Sequence record: LC519489.1
Direction: 5' to 3' (one strand)
Length of the DNA: 64,000 nucleotides
DNA from: Escherichia phage SP22
Under the pieces are notes generated by a model that was given only the letters and a program-made list of their open reading frames with translations, was not told where the DNA came from and searched no databases. The translations under genes and the position numbers were made by a program. The number at the start of each line of letters is the position of its first letter. Position 1 is the stretch's first letter. Of the stretch, positions 61,644 to 64,000 are shown piece after piece.

Positions 61644-63425
61644 ATGACTAAATCACTTTATGCAGTACCAGCAGGTTTAAACGCAGATGCTTACAAATCT
61701 GGTCATGTTTACCAGTACCCTAGTGCAACAGAGTACTTGATGTTCAACCTGACACCACGTAGTGACAAATGGTTTAACAGCCCCTTAGCAATTGATGGTG
61801 TAGTAGCTTTTGGTATTCAACGTTTCGTTAAAGATTACTTGATAGACCACTGGAACGCCACTTTCTTTGAACGTGATAAAAAAGAAGCCATTGATGAAAT
61901 CTTAGAAGTCATGAATGGTGTTCTGGGTAAAGATGCTATCGGTCGAGAGCATTGGGAAGCACTTCACGACTTAGGTTATCTACCAGTTGAAGTATACGCT
62001 GTAGAAGAAGGTACAGTTGTTCCTATGCGTGTACCAATGATTGTCTTCCAGAACACTGTTTCAGGTTTCCATTGGGTAGCGGGATATCTGGAAGATGCTT
62101 TCTCTGCTGAGATTTGGAAGGCTTGCACCATTGCAACTATTGCATTGCATTATAAACGCATCTGTAAGAAGTGGGCTGACCTTACTTGCGACAATGACTT
62201 ACATTTACCTTATCAGTGCCATGACTTTGCTATGCGTGGTATGTCCGGCTTTACTGATGACGCATTTAACGCTGTAGGCCACTTAACCAGCTTTAAAGGA
62301 ACTGATAGCTTTCCTGCTGTGTATACGGCTAAACGAATCTATGGACAGTCCTACCCAATCTCTGATATTGGTAGTTCTGTACCAGCCACTGAACACTCTG
62401 TAATGTGTGCAAACATTGCTTGGGAAGGTGGTAATGAGTTGGTTGAAGAAGAAAGACGCTTTAAAGGTGAGTTGCAAACCTTCCGTCGCTTCTTAACAGA
62501 AACTTATCCAACTGGTATTGCAAGTGTTGTTTCAGACACTTATAACTTCTGGAGAACTGTGTCAGAAATCTTACCAGCACTCCGTAAAGAAATTATGGAA
62601 CGTGATGGCAAACTGGTAATTCGTCCTGACTCTGGAGACCCTGTACACATTGTCACAGGTTATAAAGCAATCCACTTAGAGTGTGCTAAAAAGGCTTATT
62701 ATGAGCACCTAAGCAATCTGGAAGCCAGTGACACAATGCTGAATGCTGTTCTGAACATGAAGCTTGAAAACATCAGCTATGGTATTGCTGGATGGCTACT
62801 GTCAGAAGGCTACGAAATGGTTGTTGACAGAGAAGACTTTGAAGTTGCTGATACAGTGATGTTGAAGAACGCTTATATGGTTGGTTCTGCAAACGTTGTA
62901 ACACGCCCTGTAGCAGAGGTTGATGGAGCTATTAAGACCTTGTATAACATCTTTGGAGGAACTATCAACTCTAAAGGTTTTAAGGTACTGGATGAGCACA
63001 TTGGACTTATCTATGGTGACTCTATCACGTTGGAACGTGCAAACGAAATCCTGAAGCGTCTGTATGAAATGGGGTTTGCAAGCTCTAACGTGGTGTTTGG
63101 TGTAGGCTCTTACACTTACCAGTACATGACTCGTGACACCTTTGCATTTGCTGTCAAAGCAACTCTTGCAAGCATTGGTGGCAAAGAGATTATGCTTGCA
63201 AAAGACCCTAAAACAGATAGTGGTGTTAAGAAATCTGCCTTTGGTGGTGTAGCACCTATGTGGGATGGTGAGAATTTGAAAGCTGTAGATGGCTATGGAT
63301 TCCAGAGCTTTGCAGATGCACTTGAACATCCAGCTTGTGCTTTACGTTTAGTCTTTAGCGACTCTGAGCAGTACGGTTACACAACTCTTGGTGATATTCG
63401 AAATAATATTGACAATCAGCTTTAA
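61644..63425 (+). CDS. nadV: Nicotinamide phosphoribosyltransferase-like protein (NadV/NAMPT family), 593 aa
   Basis: N-terminus DAYKSGHVYQYP resembles NAMPT; longer than typical NAMPT (about 470-500 aa from memory). Confidence 0.7.
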   Translation: MTKSLYAVPAGLNADAYKSGHVYQYPSATEYLMFNLTPRSDKWFNSPLAIDGVVAFGIQRFVKDYLIDHWNATFFERDKKEAIDEILEVMNGVLGKDAIGREHWEALHDLGYLPVEVYAVEEGTVVPMRVPMIVFQNTVSGFHWVAGYLEDAFSAEIWKACTIATIALHYKRICKKWADLTCDNDLHLPYQCHDFAMRGMSGFTDDAFNAVGHLTSFKGTDSFPAVYTAKRIYGQSYPISDIGSSVPATEHSVMCANIAWEGGNELVEEERRFKGELQTFRRFLTETYPTGIASVVSDTYNFWRTVSEILPALRKEIMERDGKLVIRPDSGDPVHIVTGYKAIHLECAKKAYYEHLSNLEASDTMLNAVLNMKLENISYGIAGWLLSEGYEMVVDREDFEVADTVMLKNAYMVGSANVVTRPVAEVDGAIKTLYNIFGGTINSKGFKVLDEHIGLIYGDSITLERANEILKRLYEMGFASSNVVFGVGSYTYQYMTRDTFAFAVKATLASIGGKEIMLAKDPKTDSGVKKSAFGGVAPMWDGENLKAVDGYGFQSFADALEHPACALRLVFSDSEQYGYTTLGDIRNNIDNQL

Positions 63426-63439
63426 AAGTATATGATAAG

Positions 63440-63461
63440 AGGCTCCTACGGGAGCCTTTTT
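63440..63461 (+). terminator. Rho-independent terminator
   Basis: AGGCTCC-tacg-GGAGCCT + T-run. Confidence 0.6.
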
Positions 63462-63478
63462 AATTTCTGGAGAAGATT

Positions 63479-63814
63479 ATGAAAATCAAAGAGATGAACA
63501 TCAACATTGTCTTAGAAGAACGTTGGGAGAATATTAAGAAACCTGAAGATGGTAAAAAGTTCCTTAACAAAATTTTAGTAGCAGCTAAAGAAGAACTGAA
63601 TGGCAAGATTGCAGCAGCAGTCACAATAAAAGTTTGTGTAAAAGGTCTTCCAGACAACCACCAATTTGCGCTTGACGAGTTTAAAAAAAGCTTCTACAAT
63701 CCAAACAAACAGATGCTTGAAAGTAACTTTGCAGTATCTACAAGTATCGTCCATGACAGAAGCTTTATCCTTTACAAAAATATGAGAGGTGAGTCATGCA
63801 AGCATATTGGATAG
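63479..63814 (+). CDS. Hypothetical protein
   Basis: ORF track. Confidence 0.4.
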   Translation: MKIKEMNINIVLEERWENIKKPEDGKKFLNKILVAAKEELNGKIAAAVTIKVCVKGLPDNHQFALDEFKKSFYNPNKQMLESNFAVSTSIVHDRSFILYKNMRGESCKHIG

Positions 63815-64000
63815 AAATTTTACTGTCACTTGGTAGCGTAGCAGTATTTGTTTACCTTCTTTGCAAGTACTTTGCAGAACACAAGAAGTGTGACTACTGC
63901 AATGGGGAAGGGTATACAAGAGCAGGTTGTTGCCCTATGTGTGGTGGTTCTGGTAAAATGTTTAATAAGTAATTTAACAGTAAACTAAGAGGAAAGTATT

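Overview
The window reads as a contiguous stretch of an AT-rich, virulent tailed-phage genome with myovirus-type architecture; no integrase, rRNA or CRISPR array was seen. Gene content (about 27 tRNAs, many homing endonucleases, dual ribonucleotide reductases, thyA/DHFR, Prs plus NAMPT) resembles Felix-O1-like phages, but that is inference from memory, not a search result. Layout: (1) 1-2200, a DUF5681-like ORF and a vWA-domain ORF behind promoter-like elements; (2) 2380-8722, a dense tRNA array covering nearly all 20 amino acids, interrupted by three HNH endonuclease genes and two unknown ORFs, with several structurally atypical tRNA-like genes; (3) 8945-32657, plus-strand morphogenesis module (terminase, portal, S49-type prohead protease, capsid, sheath, tube, frameshifted chaperone pair, tape measure, baseplate, two His-rich tail fibres); (4) 32695-42253, minus-strand replication/nucleotide block (thyA, DHFR, ATP-dependent ligase, HNH-AP2 endonuclease, family A DNA polymerase, small membrane/lipoproteins); (5) 42480-63814, plus-strand early block (dNMP kinase, primase-helicase, flap endonuclease, GIY-YIG nuclease, NrdAB, glutaredoxin, NrdDG, then a Prs-like/NAMPT-like pair). 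Most worth a second look: the Prs-like + NAMPT-like pair (candidate NAD+ reconstitution counter-defence), a circularly permuted tRNA-Thr-like locus, atypical tRNAs beside HNH genes, Leu-anticodon tRNAs lacking the long variable arm, recurrent intergenic motifs in the tRNA array, a perfect 94-bp tandem duplication at the helicase 3' end, and a -1 frameshift site in the tail chaperone pair. All coordinates and folds were derived by eye; tRNA ends may be off by 1-3 nt and all functions are motif-level inferences.
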